NCBI GenBank assembly: GCA_046761065.1
Contig: JBHIFL010000020.1
Location: 1 to 52,853 of the forward strand
Reading direction: 5' to 3'
DNA from: Candidatus Heimdallarchaeota archaeon
GTDB lineage: Archaea; Asgardarchaeota; Wukongarchaeia; Wukongarchaeales; JBHIFL01
DNA: 52,853 nt
The notes below the pieces were generated by a model. The model was given only the letters and a program-made list of their open reading frames with translations, was not told the origin of the DNA and did not search any database. A program made the position numbers and the translations under genes. Below, piece after piece: positions 21,250 to 30,710 of this stretch (positions are counted from its first letter, which is position 1; each line of letters begins with the position of its first letter).

Positions 21250-21852
21250 TTCATTACCTTCTTCTTACGATTTAGCCCATATTTCTGCACATTCCAATTT
21301 TAAACCGCAATTCAAGACCTATTGAGAATATCGCCAAAAGCACTCCCAATACCCCCAGGGTTAGCTGGTTTCATTGAGAGGGATGTTTCCAGAAATTTAA
21401 AGGACCTATATTTTAAGATAAAGCTTTTATTGTATCCGATATTCAAAATACAGTAACTTTCATGAATATTAGGTTTTCCTATTACACCTATTATAAACAG
21501 CTCTATTATTATTACAATAAAAAAGAGTTCCGCTATTTGACATTCAAGAAAATGATGTCCGTTGCTTGATAAAAATGGATCGGCTCTCAAATGCGGGTCC
21601 GAGCATCATTCTACAATTTATATTATTGACACCACTCATTTAATAAATTGGGCACGTTTTAAGGCTCTATTAAAACATGAATTCTAGAAACACCTTATGT
21701 TCCTCTAGCGAATTCATTTTCTACTATATTTCGAGTTCCCCAGTCATCAAACTCTTGTTGGGGGTGGTTTGTCAATTGTTCTTTGATTTATTGTCGATTA
21801 TTACCTAATTGATGACCCTTCTAAATGATTCGTTTAGGAGGGTATTAGAATG

Positions 21853-22755
21853 TCAAAATAATAAGTGAGCGAATTTTTGGGGGTTAAATGGTACGAGATC
21901 TTTATAGGCCTGTCCAGTCCCCAAATAAATGATAGGTTTTCCTGTGGCGTGTGTGATAGAAAGCGCAGCCCCTCCACGTGCATCTGCGTCCATTTTTGTC
22001 AGTATCGCCGCATGGAACCCGACTGCTGCATTAAACTTCTTTGCTTGGTCCAAAGCATCATTTCCAGCAAGAGCATCCCCTACAAAGATAACAAGGTCGG
22101 GGTTGGTTACTCGTACAATCTTACTGACCTCATCCATGAGCCCTCGTTCGGTTTGCATCCGCCCTGCAGTATCGCTTAGAACAACATCAATTTTCTTAGC
22201 ATATGCATGGTTAATCGCGTCGTATACGACCGCTGCTGCATCTGATTTGTATTGTTGTTTTATTACAGGAATGTGTAATCGTTCGCCGTGTGTTGCAAGC
22301 TGCTCGATACTTCCTGCCCGAAATGTATCACTTGCCGCGAAGACAGAAGTAATGTGTTTGTTTTTTAATAAATATCCAATCTTTGCCAAGGTCGTTGTCT
22401 TTCCCGTCCCATTTACCCCGACAAAGACGAAAACCGCTGGTCTTCCTTCTCCTCGACTTCGTTTGATGACCTCAATCAGATCAACGGTTTTCTTGGGAGT
22501 TAAAATTTGTTGAATCGCATTCCTAATAGTTGCTTTTATATAAGATCGCGTGTCCTCAAGACGTCCAATACGTTCACCAAGGAGTTCGTTTTTCAGTGTT
22601 CCTATAAGGAGCTCGGCAGTTTCAAGTGGGACGTCACTTTGTAATAATAGGAGCTCTAGATCTTGAGCGGCTTTATCTAAGCGTTTTTGAGTTAATTCTT
22701 TTGTCATTACAGCCTCTGCAAAGTTTGTTAGGCCATCCTTGATCCGATCGAACAA
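21853..22755 (-). CDS. ftsY: SRP receptor GTPase FtsY
   Basis: GVNGTGKTTT, DTFRAG, DTAGR, TKMDADARGG, GTGQ. Confidence 0.97.
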   Translation of the reverse strand: MFDRIKDGLTNFAEAVMTKELTQKRLDKAAQDLELLLLQSDVPLETAELLIGTLKNELLGERIGRLEDTRSYIKATIRNAIQQILTPKKTVDLIEVIKRSRGEGRPAVFVFVGVNGTGKTTTLAKIGYLLKNKHITSVFAASDTFRAGSIEQLATHGERLHIPVIKQQYKSDAAAVVYDAINHAYAKKIDVVLSDTAGRMQTERGLMDEVSKIVRVTNPDLVIFVGDALAGNDALDQAKKFNAAVGFHAAILTKMDADARGGAALSITHATGKPIIYLGTGQAYKDLVPFNPQKFAHLLF

Positions 22756-22779
22756 AAAAGTCCCTCGATCTCTAGGTGG

Positions 22780-23232
22780 TTAACCTTTCGATTGATTTAT
22801 CAACCCTTGTAGCTCAGTTCGCAACTGCTCAAGAGCAGACCTGGCTTGTTCTAGTTGTGTGCCTGTTTGTTGTAAAGCTGTTTGCGCATCTTTCATGCGT
22901 TCTTGAATGATTTCCCGAGCACTGACCATATCTTTTGATGCTGAAACATTAGCTCCTAATCCTATTATCACTTCTTTCACATCTGCCAGTGTTGCACGGA
23001 TCCAAGAATTGCTGCCAATTGGCACAAGGATGTCATCGTCCACTTTAGACTGACTCAGCTCTTCCAAGACTGCTATGGTCAACGTCATCTCTGCGAAGTA
23101 GGAGCTCAATGCTTCATACTGTTTTTCTAAGACTTCACCCTGCAGTTCCAGTTGAGAAATCTGCGCTACAAGCTCATTGATCCTGGTTTGGGGCGACGGT
23201 TCCGTTGTCATCATAACACCTCGTTTTGTCAC
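22780..23232 (-). CDS. pfdA: Prefoldin alpha subunit
   Basis: Coiled coil, ILVPIGSNSWIRA...VIIGLGANV hairpins, coiled coil; canonical synteny. Confidence 0.93.
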   Translation of the reverse strand: MTKRGVMMTTEPSPQTRINELVAQISQLELQGEVLEKQYEALSSYFAEMTLTIAVLEELSQSKVDDDILVPIGSNSWIRATLADVKEVIIGLGANVSASKDMVSAREIIQERMKDAQTALQQTGTQLEQARSALEQLRTELQGLINQSKG

Positions 23233-23486
23233 TCTTTCATAAAGCTAATATCTTCTCCAAGAGCCAAGCGTAGAATCACAGGGTCTTTCACTTCTTCAAT
23301 AGATTTTATCACTTCGGCTTTTCTCACCGAGATCGCCCCTCGCTTTATCCGATGCTTCGACCCTAAATCTGCATAGAGGAGTTCGATTGCATCTTCCTCA
23401 CGAAGGGCCCGAAACTCTTTGCTGAACTCGACAGGTCCCCGCTTTCCTTTGTATATTCCACTTATTCTGAAGATCTGCACTTCCAA
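23229..23486 (-). CDS. rpl18a: Ribosomal protein eL20 (L18Ae/LX)
   Basis: FRISG, FSKEFRA, LYADLGSKHRIKR; TTG start with AAGGAG SD. Confidence 0.93.
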   Translation of the reverse strand: MEVQIFRISGIYKGKRGPVEFSKEFRALREEDAIELLYADLGSKHRIKRGAISVRKAEVIKSIEEVKDPVILRLALGEDISFMKE

Positions 23487-23545
23487 GTACTCAGCTCCTT
23501 AATGCACGAAACTTCCATCAAGCAGAGTATGTGTTCACACCACCG

Positions 23546-23894
23546 AGTGTGTGTTCCCAAACCCGAGCATCACCACGAAACTATGGTTCATTGCCGACTT
23601 GGGGATCTTCCACCTCGATAAGGCCAGAAGTTCCACCTAGCTATCCCACGAATGGTGCCGAAGCAGATAGGGAAGCAATGCTCGTGTTCACAACCAGAAC
23701 AACATCCAATTCGCTACCCCGATTAAGTGATTGCTTAGGTTTCAATTGGTTGCACTTTTGAAGCCGTGAAATGATATAACTCTTGTGAATGGTAGATGAT
23801 TGCATAAAGCTGATAGACGGAGCGTTGGGTAGCGAACCCTTTGATTGCTTATTTTGCGTCTGGGATATACTTCCGATTTTATAGTTCACACACT
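23546..23894 (-). ncRNA. Candidate novel structured RNA (~350 nt) between eIF6 and eL20
   Basis: Nested helices 23546-53/23887-94, 23710-19/23827-36 and 23564-73/23675-84 (G-U pairs only on the minus strand); perfect three-way junction 23641-23670 with two UUCG loops. Confidence 0.7.
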
Positions 23895-24596
23895 TTAAAA
23901 AAGGATATCGATTATTCTAGCACGTTCAATCCCGGTTGTATCCGCCCCACAAAGCCCACCCCCTGCATTTGCAGTTAAACCTGTTGAAATATAAGCATAC
24001 CCTCGATTCACCGTACAGATATCAGTTTTAACTTCGAAAATACAGGAGATCTGCTTTACTTCATCATCACTAGCAAGAGGAGAGACTAACGCGCCTCTTG
24101 AAGTGACGACACACATCGCCCCTACAACAGAAATCCCAGCGAGATTCCGTTGAGCCACTGTGACCCCCAACATATCCTCAATTGCATGGATGTCCTTTTT
24201 ATTGAAAACGGAAGAAACAAGTGCACCTTTGTCATTCACAACGATGACATTACCGAGGGCAGTAATTTTGGAGTCAAGTACACAAACTTCGATCCCCAGT
24301 TGCGCCTGAAGCTCTTCGATTTCTAAATCAGTAGCGATCTGTGGTAAAAGTAACACTCTTGAAGTTGCCACAGCTAGTACTCCCAGGAGACTTGTCCCTC
24401 CAATCATTGATTCCACTAAAGGAACCCGGAGGGCGTTTTTCACCTTTTTCTTGTCCTTTTTATTGAAGAACCCGGGAGGGACTAAAGCAAATTCATCTGT
24501 GGCAAGGATGTAAACCCCAACATTCAAAAGATCCGAGACAATACAGTATGCCGATCTTTGTTCAGTATCTTTATGCACGACAATCCACGTCTTCAT
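23895..24596 (-). CDS. eif6: Translation initiation factor 6 (aIF6/eIF6)
   Basis: NVGVYILATD, TALGNVIVVNDKGALV, TVNRG, GADTTGIE. Confidence 0.93.
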   Translation of the reverse strand: MKTWIVVHKDTEQRSAYCIVSDLLNVGVYILATDEFALVPPGFFNKKDKKKVKNALRVPLVESMIGGTSLLGVLAVATSRVLLLPQIATDLEIEELQAQLGIEVCVLDSKITALGNVIVVNDKGALVSSVFNKKDIHAIEDMLGVTVAQRNLAGISVVGAMCVVTSRGALVSPLASDDEVKQISCIFEVKTDICTVNRGYAYISTGLTANAGGGLCGADTTGIERARIIDILF

Positions 24597-24756
24597 AATT
24601 TTTACTAGTTTCTTCGTGACACTAAGTTAACAAACACTTTGCTATCAGAGTTCTTGGGCTAAGTCCCCAATCAGTATATTAGTTATCAAAGCAGTTAAGA
24701 GTTTATTTCCTGCAAAATCCTTATTTAATAAGAACTTGTTCAGCACGTTTTCCTAC

Positions 24757-25275
24757 CTATGATAGAGCCTTAATAATTTCGCGACAGAAGTCTGGTAGGT
24801 CAACAGGGGTTCGACTGGTAATCAAATTACCGTCCACCACCACTGCTTGATCGATATATTTGGCACCGGCATTGATCACATCATCTTTTATTGCAACAAC
24901 GCATGTCATGGTTTTTCCTTTCAGGATTCCTGCAGAAGCCGGAACCCAGCCCCCATGACAGATAGCGGCTACAACCTTGCCCGCCTCATGTATACCTTTC
25001 ACAAAGGCCAGAACCGCAGGATATCGTCGGAGCCGATCAGGGGCCCACCCGCCAGGAACTATTACCGCATCGAAATCCTCGGCTTTTACTTGATTGATTG
25101 ACAAATCAATTTCAACAGGAAGCCCATGTTTCCCTTGATATGTATCACTACTTCCTGAACCGACAATTACCACTTCTGCCCCCGCTTCTTGCATTCGGAT
25201 AGTTGGATACCAAAGTTCAAGATCTTCAAAGTCAGCTTCAGCTAATACGACAATTCGTTTCCCGTTTAAGCTCAT
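24757..25275 (-). CDS. PfpI/DJ-1 family type-1 glutamine amidotransferase-like protein
   Basis: FEDLEL, VPGGWAPD, AAICHGG, VVDGNLITSRTP. Confidence 0.93.
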   Translation of the reverse strand: MSLNGKRIVVLAEADFEDLELWYPTIRMQEAGAEVVIVGSGSSDTYQGKHGLPVEIDLSINQVKAEDFDAVIVPGGWAPDRLRRYPAVLAFVKGIHEAGKVVAAICHGGWVPASAGILKGKTMTCVVAIKDDVINAGAKYIDQAVVVDGNLITSRTPVDLPDFCREIIKALS

Positions 25276-25407
25276 CGTTTCATCACTTCCCTTGCTAGTT
25301 GAATCCTTTTAAAAAAAGAATTATGTTATATAATAAAGACTATGGTTCTTCCTTCGTAGAATATACGCCCCAATAGACTATTTTTTAACTATCAATCTAG
25401 TGTACCT

Positions 25408-26061
25408 ATGACCCCAATAGGGGATTTGAACATGCATATCATATTGGATAAGTATTATGAACAATGTAAATATGAACTAAAAGAAAGACTCCTAACATTC
25501 AAACAGATAAAACACGAATCTGAAGAAAAAATCTTCGCGGAATTATGCTACTGCCTTTGTACTCCTCAATCCAAAGCACAAAACTGTGCCCAAGCAATCA
25601 AGTCTCTAGAAGAATCGGGAACCCTTTATTCGGGAACATGGCAAGAAATCCAGCAAAAATTGAAAGGTGTGCGGTTTGCCCCTACTAAAGCTAAGCGTAT
25701 CGTTGCTGCTCGCGAATATTTCACAGAAAACGGGCGACTCGTACTAAAAAAGCATCTTGATACCTGTGAAGACATGCTGCGGGGATGGTTAGTAAAGAAT
25801 GTGAAAGGCCTTGGATACAAAGAAGCGAGCCATTTCCTACGTAATATTGGTTTGAGTGAGACTCTTGCGATTCTCGATCGCCATGTTCTCAAAAATTTAA
25901 AAAAATTTGGAATTATCAAAGAGATTCCTGCCAATTTATCAAAGAAAAAATACTTTGAAATAGAACAAAAGATGCAGGATTTTTGTCAACAAATTAATAT
26001 CTCCTTGGCCAAGTTAGATCTCATCTTTTGGTCGATGGAAACTGGAAAGATTTTAAAATAG
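25408..26061 (+). CDS. ogg: 8-oxoguanine DNA glycosylase/AP lyase (archaeal Ogg2 type)
   Basis: ELCYCLCTPQSKA, HhH VKGLGYKEASHFLRNIG, AILDRH, terminal ETGKILK. Confidence 0.93.
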   Translation: MTPIGDLNMHIILDKYYEQCKYELKERLLTFKQIKHESEEKIFAELCYCLCTPQSKAQNCAQAIKSLEESGTLYSGTWQEIQQKLKGVRFAPTKAKRIVAAREYFTENGRLVLKKHLDTCEDMLRGWLVKNVKGLGYKEASHFLRNIGLSETLAILDRHVLKNLKKFGIIKEIPANLSKKKYFEIEQKMQDFCQQINISLAKLDLIFWSMETGKILK

Positions 26062-26195
26062 CTAATAACTTACTTAATGAGTTAATACCTGTTGAACAGA
26101 TAAATAAACTGTTGCATCCCCTTTCCGAGGGAGGAAAAGGCTAATTTGTTTCGAACTTAAACCTTTACTTAACTATGGACACATAATTCCTTTTT

Positions 26196-26356
26196 TTAAT
26201 CGGCAATGCATCGGATCCACTTTCCGCAGATGTCTTTCCGGTTCATATTACACTGAAGGCACATCCACAATTTACTTTCTGATAATCATTAATAGGGCAT
26301 GGAAATACATATTCATCTTTGATGCGCGCATAATAGAATATTATTTTATCCATCAT
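26196..26356 (-). pseudogene. Small Cys-rich ORF broken by a frameshift
   Basis: SD GAGAGG then MMDKIIFYYARIKDEYVFPCPINDYQKVN; a -1 shift continues LWMCLQCNMNRKDICGKWIRCIAD*. Confidence 0.35.
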
Positions 26357-26490
26357 ATTTCCTCTCTTCTCGCATAATTCTAGGCACTTAGGTTTACTCA
26401 AATTAATGTAGAATATCAAAGTTAAAAACTCCCAAAGTATCCTTTATAACCCAAGATTAAGAAAGGCGTTGAAATTCTTCGAAGGTCATT

Positions 26491-27345
26491 ATGATGCGAA
26501 TTATTGTAGCTTCAACTGCAGATCAAGCCAGTCAAACGATCAAAAAATGTTTGATAGATCAATATCCCTTTAAACCAAGTGGTGATAAATTCGAAGGGGA
26601 ACCCGTTCTAAGACTTGACAAGCCCAATATCGATATTAGGCTAATTACTACTAGAAATAAACCCGTCCTTGCTAATCATCTCGAACAACAATTTCAACCC
26701 GAATTGTTTGTGTTTATTTCAAAGCACCGTTCTGAAACGGGAAGACCAGCTCTTTTGACGCATGTGACTGGTAATTGGTTGAATGCTGTAAAAGTTGGAG
26801 GCGAACCAAAAGCGCTTGGAGTGGCGCCAGGGTATGCTGTTCGAATCGCCTTTAGGACTCTCTCAGATCAAGTAAAAGCCCACCAACTGCCTTTTCAAGT
26901 AAACTTAGAAGTCACTCATCACGGACCGACCAGTCTTTCAGTTCCTCTCCTATTTATTGAACTCGGGAGTACAAAAAAGGAATGGGAAAACAAACAAGCG
27001 GGAAGTGTTGTGGCAATAGCTGCTATAGAAGCGGCACAAGCAAATCCCAATGGTGAAACTGTAATAGGCTTTGGAGGAGGTCATTACTGTCCACGATTTG
27101 CAGACATTCTTAGAAAAACACCTTTATCAGTCGCACATATTGCTCCAAAATACGTTCTAGATCAAATAGATAAAATGATGATAAAAAAGGCTCTTGAACG
27201 ATCTGCTACACCCATTTCCTTTGCGGTTATAGATCATAAGGGAACTTTATTATCCCAGCGAGAGAAGTTAATTACATTTTTGAACGAAATAAATCTGAAA
27301 TCGAAAAGGATCGATCATGTACTCAAAGAATATCAACAAGGGTAA
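26491..27345 (+). CDS. dtdA: D-aminoacyl-tRNA deacylase (archaeal DTD2)
   Basis: SKHRSETGRPALLTHVTGNW, EVTHHGP, FIELGS, GFGGGHY. Confidence 0.94.
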   Translation: MMRIIVASTADQASQTIKKCLIDQYPFKPSGDKFEGEPVLRLDKPNIDIRLITTRNKPVLANHLEQQFQPELFVFISKHRSETGRPALLTHVTGNWLNAVKVGGEPKALGVAPGYAVRIAFRTLSDQVKAHQLPFQVNLEVTHHGPTSLSVPLLFIELGSTKKEWENKQAGSVVAIAAIEAAQANPNGETVIGFGGGHYCPRFADILRKTPLSVAHIAPKYVLDQIDKMMIKKALERSATPISFAVIDHKGTLLSQREKLITFLNEINLKSKRIDHVLKEYQQG

Positions 27346-27362
27346 TAAATAAGAGGACATTA

Positions 27363-27795
27363 TTACAGCTTACTATATTGTGTGAGAGCATCCAGTAGAA
27401 TCTACTTATGATCAAATGCTGATTTAGGTGTTAATTGTATAATATCACTTTAGTGAATTCATCTGTGAGGACTTCTAAATCGTCATCTCTTGCTACTGAT
27501 CGTTCACATATGGGGACAAAAGTTAGAGACTGAGACAAAATAAACTCAAGGATTTCGATTCTGAGTAAAGTATACACCAATAATGCCTTTGAACTGTACC
27601 TCAAGACCTGTTTCCTATTTTTATTCTCGATTTATTGCCTTTTCAATCCTTTTTTCATATTTTACATACCCTCAAGGGATCGCAAGGTGATTTTTAAATG
27701 GAGATTCTTTCGTCGAGTTAAGAGGGCTTCATTTGGCTCTTTACCAGTTGGGAAAAAAATATGTCCATCAACAGTCAATGTATCTTCTTCTCACC
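27363..27795 (-). pseudogene. NUDIX hydrolase (ADP-ribose pyrophosphatase-like) pseudogene
   Basis: Manual translation LTVDG...LLTRRKN/PFKNHLAIP*GYVKYEKRIEKAINRE*K*ETGL...GVY...RNP*...AFDHK*ILLDAL; degraded Nudix box with several stops and a frameshift. Confidence 0.85.
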
Positions 27796-27992
27796 CTTAA
27801 CAATCAATCTATTTAATTAATCTTCTAAACACGTTCATTTTCTCAAAGCTTTAATTTGAAATTTATAATCTGAGTAATACTAAGGGAATAGTAAGTATTT
27901 TCAATCATTGTAATATAAAAACTGAAGTAAGTCAAACTTACCTAATTACAGTTATAACAGGATATAATTTGGAGTCGATGAGTTAACAGAAG

Positions 27993-29087
27993 TCACAAAA
28001 ATCGTTTTAGTCCAAGATCTAATGCATTATCATAATCATAAGGATCGGTAAACTTTCCTTGAGCAAAAGGACTGTAGACATTACTTAATAAGGCAATAAC
28101 CTGAATAGAATCACCGAGATTAGCATCGATTCCCGCACCCCAAATGACTTCCGCACCAGGAGCAATTCGTTCGGTTATTAAACGCATTGAATATTCAACA
28201 TCCCGCAATTTGAATTCAATTCCACCACTTACAGAAACCAGCGCTTTGGTGGCTGTTCCTATATCAATGTCGTCTAGGAGAGGATTTTGGATGGCCTCCT
28301 CAACAGCCTCTTCCACACAATGTTCACTTGATTGAGATTCTCCCATCCCAATAAGGGCTAATCCCGCTCCTTGTAAAACTTTATGCACATCAGCAAAATC
28401 AACATTGACATCTTGTGGGCGATTAACTAGCTCAGTTATGCTTTTCACAGCTCGAATCAAGATTTCATCAGCAATTTTGAAAGCAGTAAGCATCGATAGA
28501 TTCTCTGAAAGTTCCAAAAGACGCTCATTTGGGATAACAATAATAGCATCACAACTCTTATAAAAGGCTTCCAGCCCCTTGGCTGCATTTTCTCGGCGGA
28601 TTTTGCCTTCCATGCGAAATGGGAGAGTACATATTCCAACCGTCAAAGCATTCTGCTCCATGGCAAGCTTTCCAATTATGGGAGCAGCACCCGTCCCAGT
28701 TCCTCCACCTAAACCACAAACTACAAACACCATATCACCATCAACTACTCTTTGAATGTCAGCAGCACTTTCTTTCGCAGCTGCCTCACCCAATCTTGGA
28801 TCATTGCCTGCACCCCGACCAGAATGGCCAAGTAGAAGTTTTTTATTTGATGTCACACTTAGGAGATGTTGAGCATCTGTATTTACAGCCACAGTCTGAG
28901 CCCCAGCGATGCCAACTTCAACAAGTCGATTAATGGCGTTATTGCCTGCCCCCCCGATGCCAATCACCTGTATCTTTGGCAATGCTTTCTGTAATTTTGT
29001 CGAGATATCATCTTCGTTTGTCGATACAATATGCGGAGGGGATATTTTCTGAATTGAATCTTCTTTTAATAGATCATGGCTCATCAT
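27993..29087 (-). CDS. ftsZ: Cell division GTPase FtsZ
   Basis: GIGGAGNN, NTDAQHL, GLGGGTGTG, T7 loop NVDFADV. Confidence 0.98.
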   Translation of the reverse strand: MMSHDLLKEDSIQKISPPHIVSTNEDDISTKLQKALPKIQVIGIGGAGNNAINRLVEVGIAGAQTVAVNTDAQHLLSVTSNKKLLLGHSGRGAGNDPRLGEAAAKESAADIQRVVDGDMVFVVCGLGGGTGTGAAPIIGKLAMEQNALTVGICTLPFRMEGKIRRENAAKGLEAFYKSCDAIIVIPNERLLELSENLSMLTAFKIADEILIRAVKSITELVNRPQDVNVDFADVHKVLQGAGLALIGMGESQSSEHCVEEAVEEAIQNPLLDDIDIGTATKALVSVSGGIEFKLRDVEYSMRLITERIAPGAEVIWGAGIDANLGDSIQVIALLSNVYSPFAQGKFTDPYDYDNALDLGLKRFL

Positions 29088-29387
29088 CCAAGATACCCCA
29101 TGTATTAGATGGTGTTTTTTTTATGAAAAAAAAGACTGATGACATCCTCCTGTCGCGAGCGGAACATCCAAGTATTAACCAGATTATTCTTCTTAGATCA
29201 ATTTTTTGAACTCTATTGCATTGGGTAAACAGCTCAGAGATGGAAAGATTTCCTAATAAAATTGATAAAAAGCTATATAAAGAAATTAAGCACCAAAAAT
29301 TTCGACTATAATCAAATAAATAGTTAAAAACAGGAATTCTTGCAGAATATTAAAGATACTCACCGCTCAAAAGAGATATCAGAACTA

Positions 29388-29416
29388 AAGATAGCGCCGG
29401 AGGTTAGATCCAAACC
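29388..29416 (-). repeat. Degenerate copy of the tRNA-Ser 3' end (att-like direct repeat)
   Basis: 22/29 identity to 30149-30177 by hand alignment. Confidence 0.5.
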
Positions 29417-29604
29417 TTGGTTTAAATCCTTGTTTTTTACGTCAATCCAACAGTTCGATTAGAGGTTCAATTCAAAGTGCTGGGAGTTAGGTTCACACGT
29501 TTATATTCCACTTTTTATGAGGTGCTAAAACTCAAACACAGTATAAAGTAAAACTATGTGAAGCCGCTCTGTTGTAATATCGAGGCGTGTGTTGCTAACT
29601 GAGG

Positions 29605-29991
29605 CTAAACGTAGAGAAGTGGGCTAAATCCTCTTCTTTTGCCAAGTCGATATCCCAGATAGGTTCCTATTACATAGGAGACTGGCATGGACAAAAATAG
29701 CCTGAGTAGCTCATCCATCTCTATCCAGGCTGGAGGACTAAGGACACGGTATAACAGAAAATTTGTGGTACCATATATAATAAAGCCAAAAATGAATGCT
29801 CCGCAGATTGTCCATGTTAATTGCCAGAATTTGAGGCTTCCTATTTTGTTAATTTTGAAACCCACAAAAGTCAAGAATGGAGCTATTATGGTGTAAAATA
29901 ATGCGCCTTCCAAAGTCGTATAGCCAGTTATTTTCGTGAAATAATCAAGCCATGTAAATAGAAACAAGACAACGTAGAGTGATATTGCCAA
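29605..29991 (-). CDS. Small hypothetical membrane protein (~4 TM)
   Basis: Hydrophobic segments across 128 aa. Confidence 0.6.
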   Translation of the reverse strand: MAISLYVVLFLFTWLDYFTKITGYTTLEGALFYTIIAPFLTFVGFKINKIGSLKFWQLTWTICGAFIFGFIIYGTTNFLLYRVLSPPAWIEMDELLRLFLSMPVSYVIGTYLGYRLGKRRGFSPLLYV

Positions 29992-30152
29992 TCACACCAT
30001 AAATCTATGTGACACCCTTTTTTTCTCCGACCACTTTTCTTGTCATGCATTTTTTTAATAATTAAACGAGTCTGAAGTCAAAATTAAACTTTTTTAACCA
30101 TTAAAGGTATCTGCAAAAAGTCTAGAAAAAAGCTTAAAATGCGAAGGTAAGA

Positions 30153-30274
30153 TGGCGCCGGGGGTGGGATTTGAACCCACGTGATGGCAAAGCCATCAGC
30201 AGGTCTCTTGCATAATCCTCCTTTTTAACAGAGTGACTCGAGCCTGCCGCCGTAGTCCACTTGGCTACCCCGGC
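30153..30274 (-). tRNA. tRNA-Ser(CGA) with 32-nt intron at 37/38 (30205-30236); CCA encoded
   Basis: GCCGGGG acceptor, GCAGG-CTCGAG|A-CCTGC anticodon arm, long variable arm TGATGGC/GCCATCA, GGGTTCAAATCCC. Confidence 0.95.
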
Positions 30275-30433
30275 GGTTATTAATTTCTTTGTTTTTGATT
30301 TACGAATAGTTGGAGTTTATGCAAATTAAAGTCAAAGTTTTTGAAAAGAATTTTATTCGACTCATATTTAAAAACGATTTTGATACTTATTCGATAAAGG
30401 AGGATTAAGTGATCTTTAATCATAATTTGTATC

Positions 30434-30710
30434 GTATTTTTGTTGAACAATGCTTGACCAGCTTCTTGCTATTCTTTTTTGGTTATCCACTTGGTCTCGG
30501 ACATATTCTTCCTTGACAAATTCGACCCCCCTAATCCAAACGCTATGTTTGCGCTCAGGCGGAGCAACTATTTTTATCGTCATTGAATCAGGGGTAGGGC
30601 TTTCAGTTCTTTTTGCATTCGTTCAGCTATGCCGTCAAACATTGTAGGCCCACTACTTAAAACCGCGTTGTTATACAATTCCCTTTGGTATCCCGATCAC
30701 ACTTCATAAT
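30434..30710 (-). pseudogene. Actin pseudogene fragment (C-terminal ~93 codons)
   Basis: Reconstructed [63 protein letters not shown]...WITKKE*QEAGxSIVQQKY with four frameshifts and one stop. Confidence 0.92.

Noticed and set aside
23487-23894. Group II intron (5' GUGUG), group I intron or SRP RNA identity for the structured spacer; ORFs 23531-23761 and 23641-23889
   Set aside because: No domain V, no P7-type core and no SRP helix-8 motif on either strand; the ORFs lack recognisable protein features
30450-30647. 65-aa plus-strand ORF
   Set aside because: Antisense shadow of the actin pseudogene
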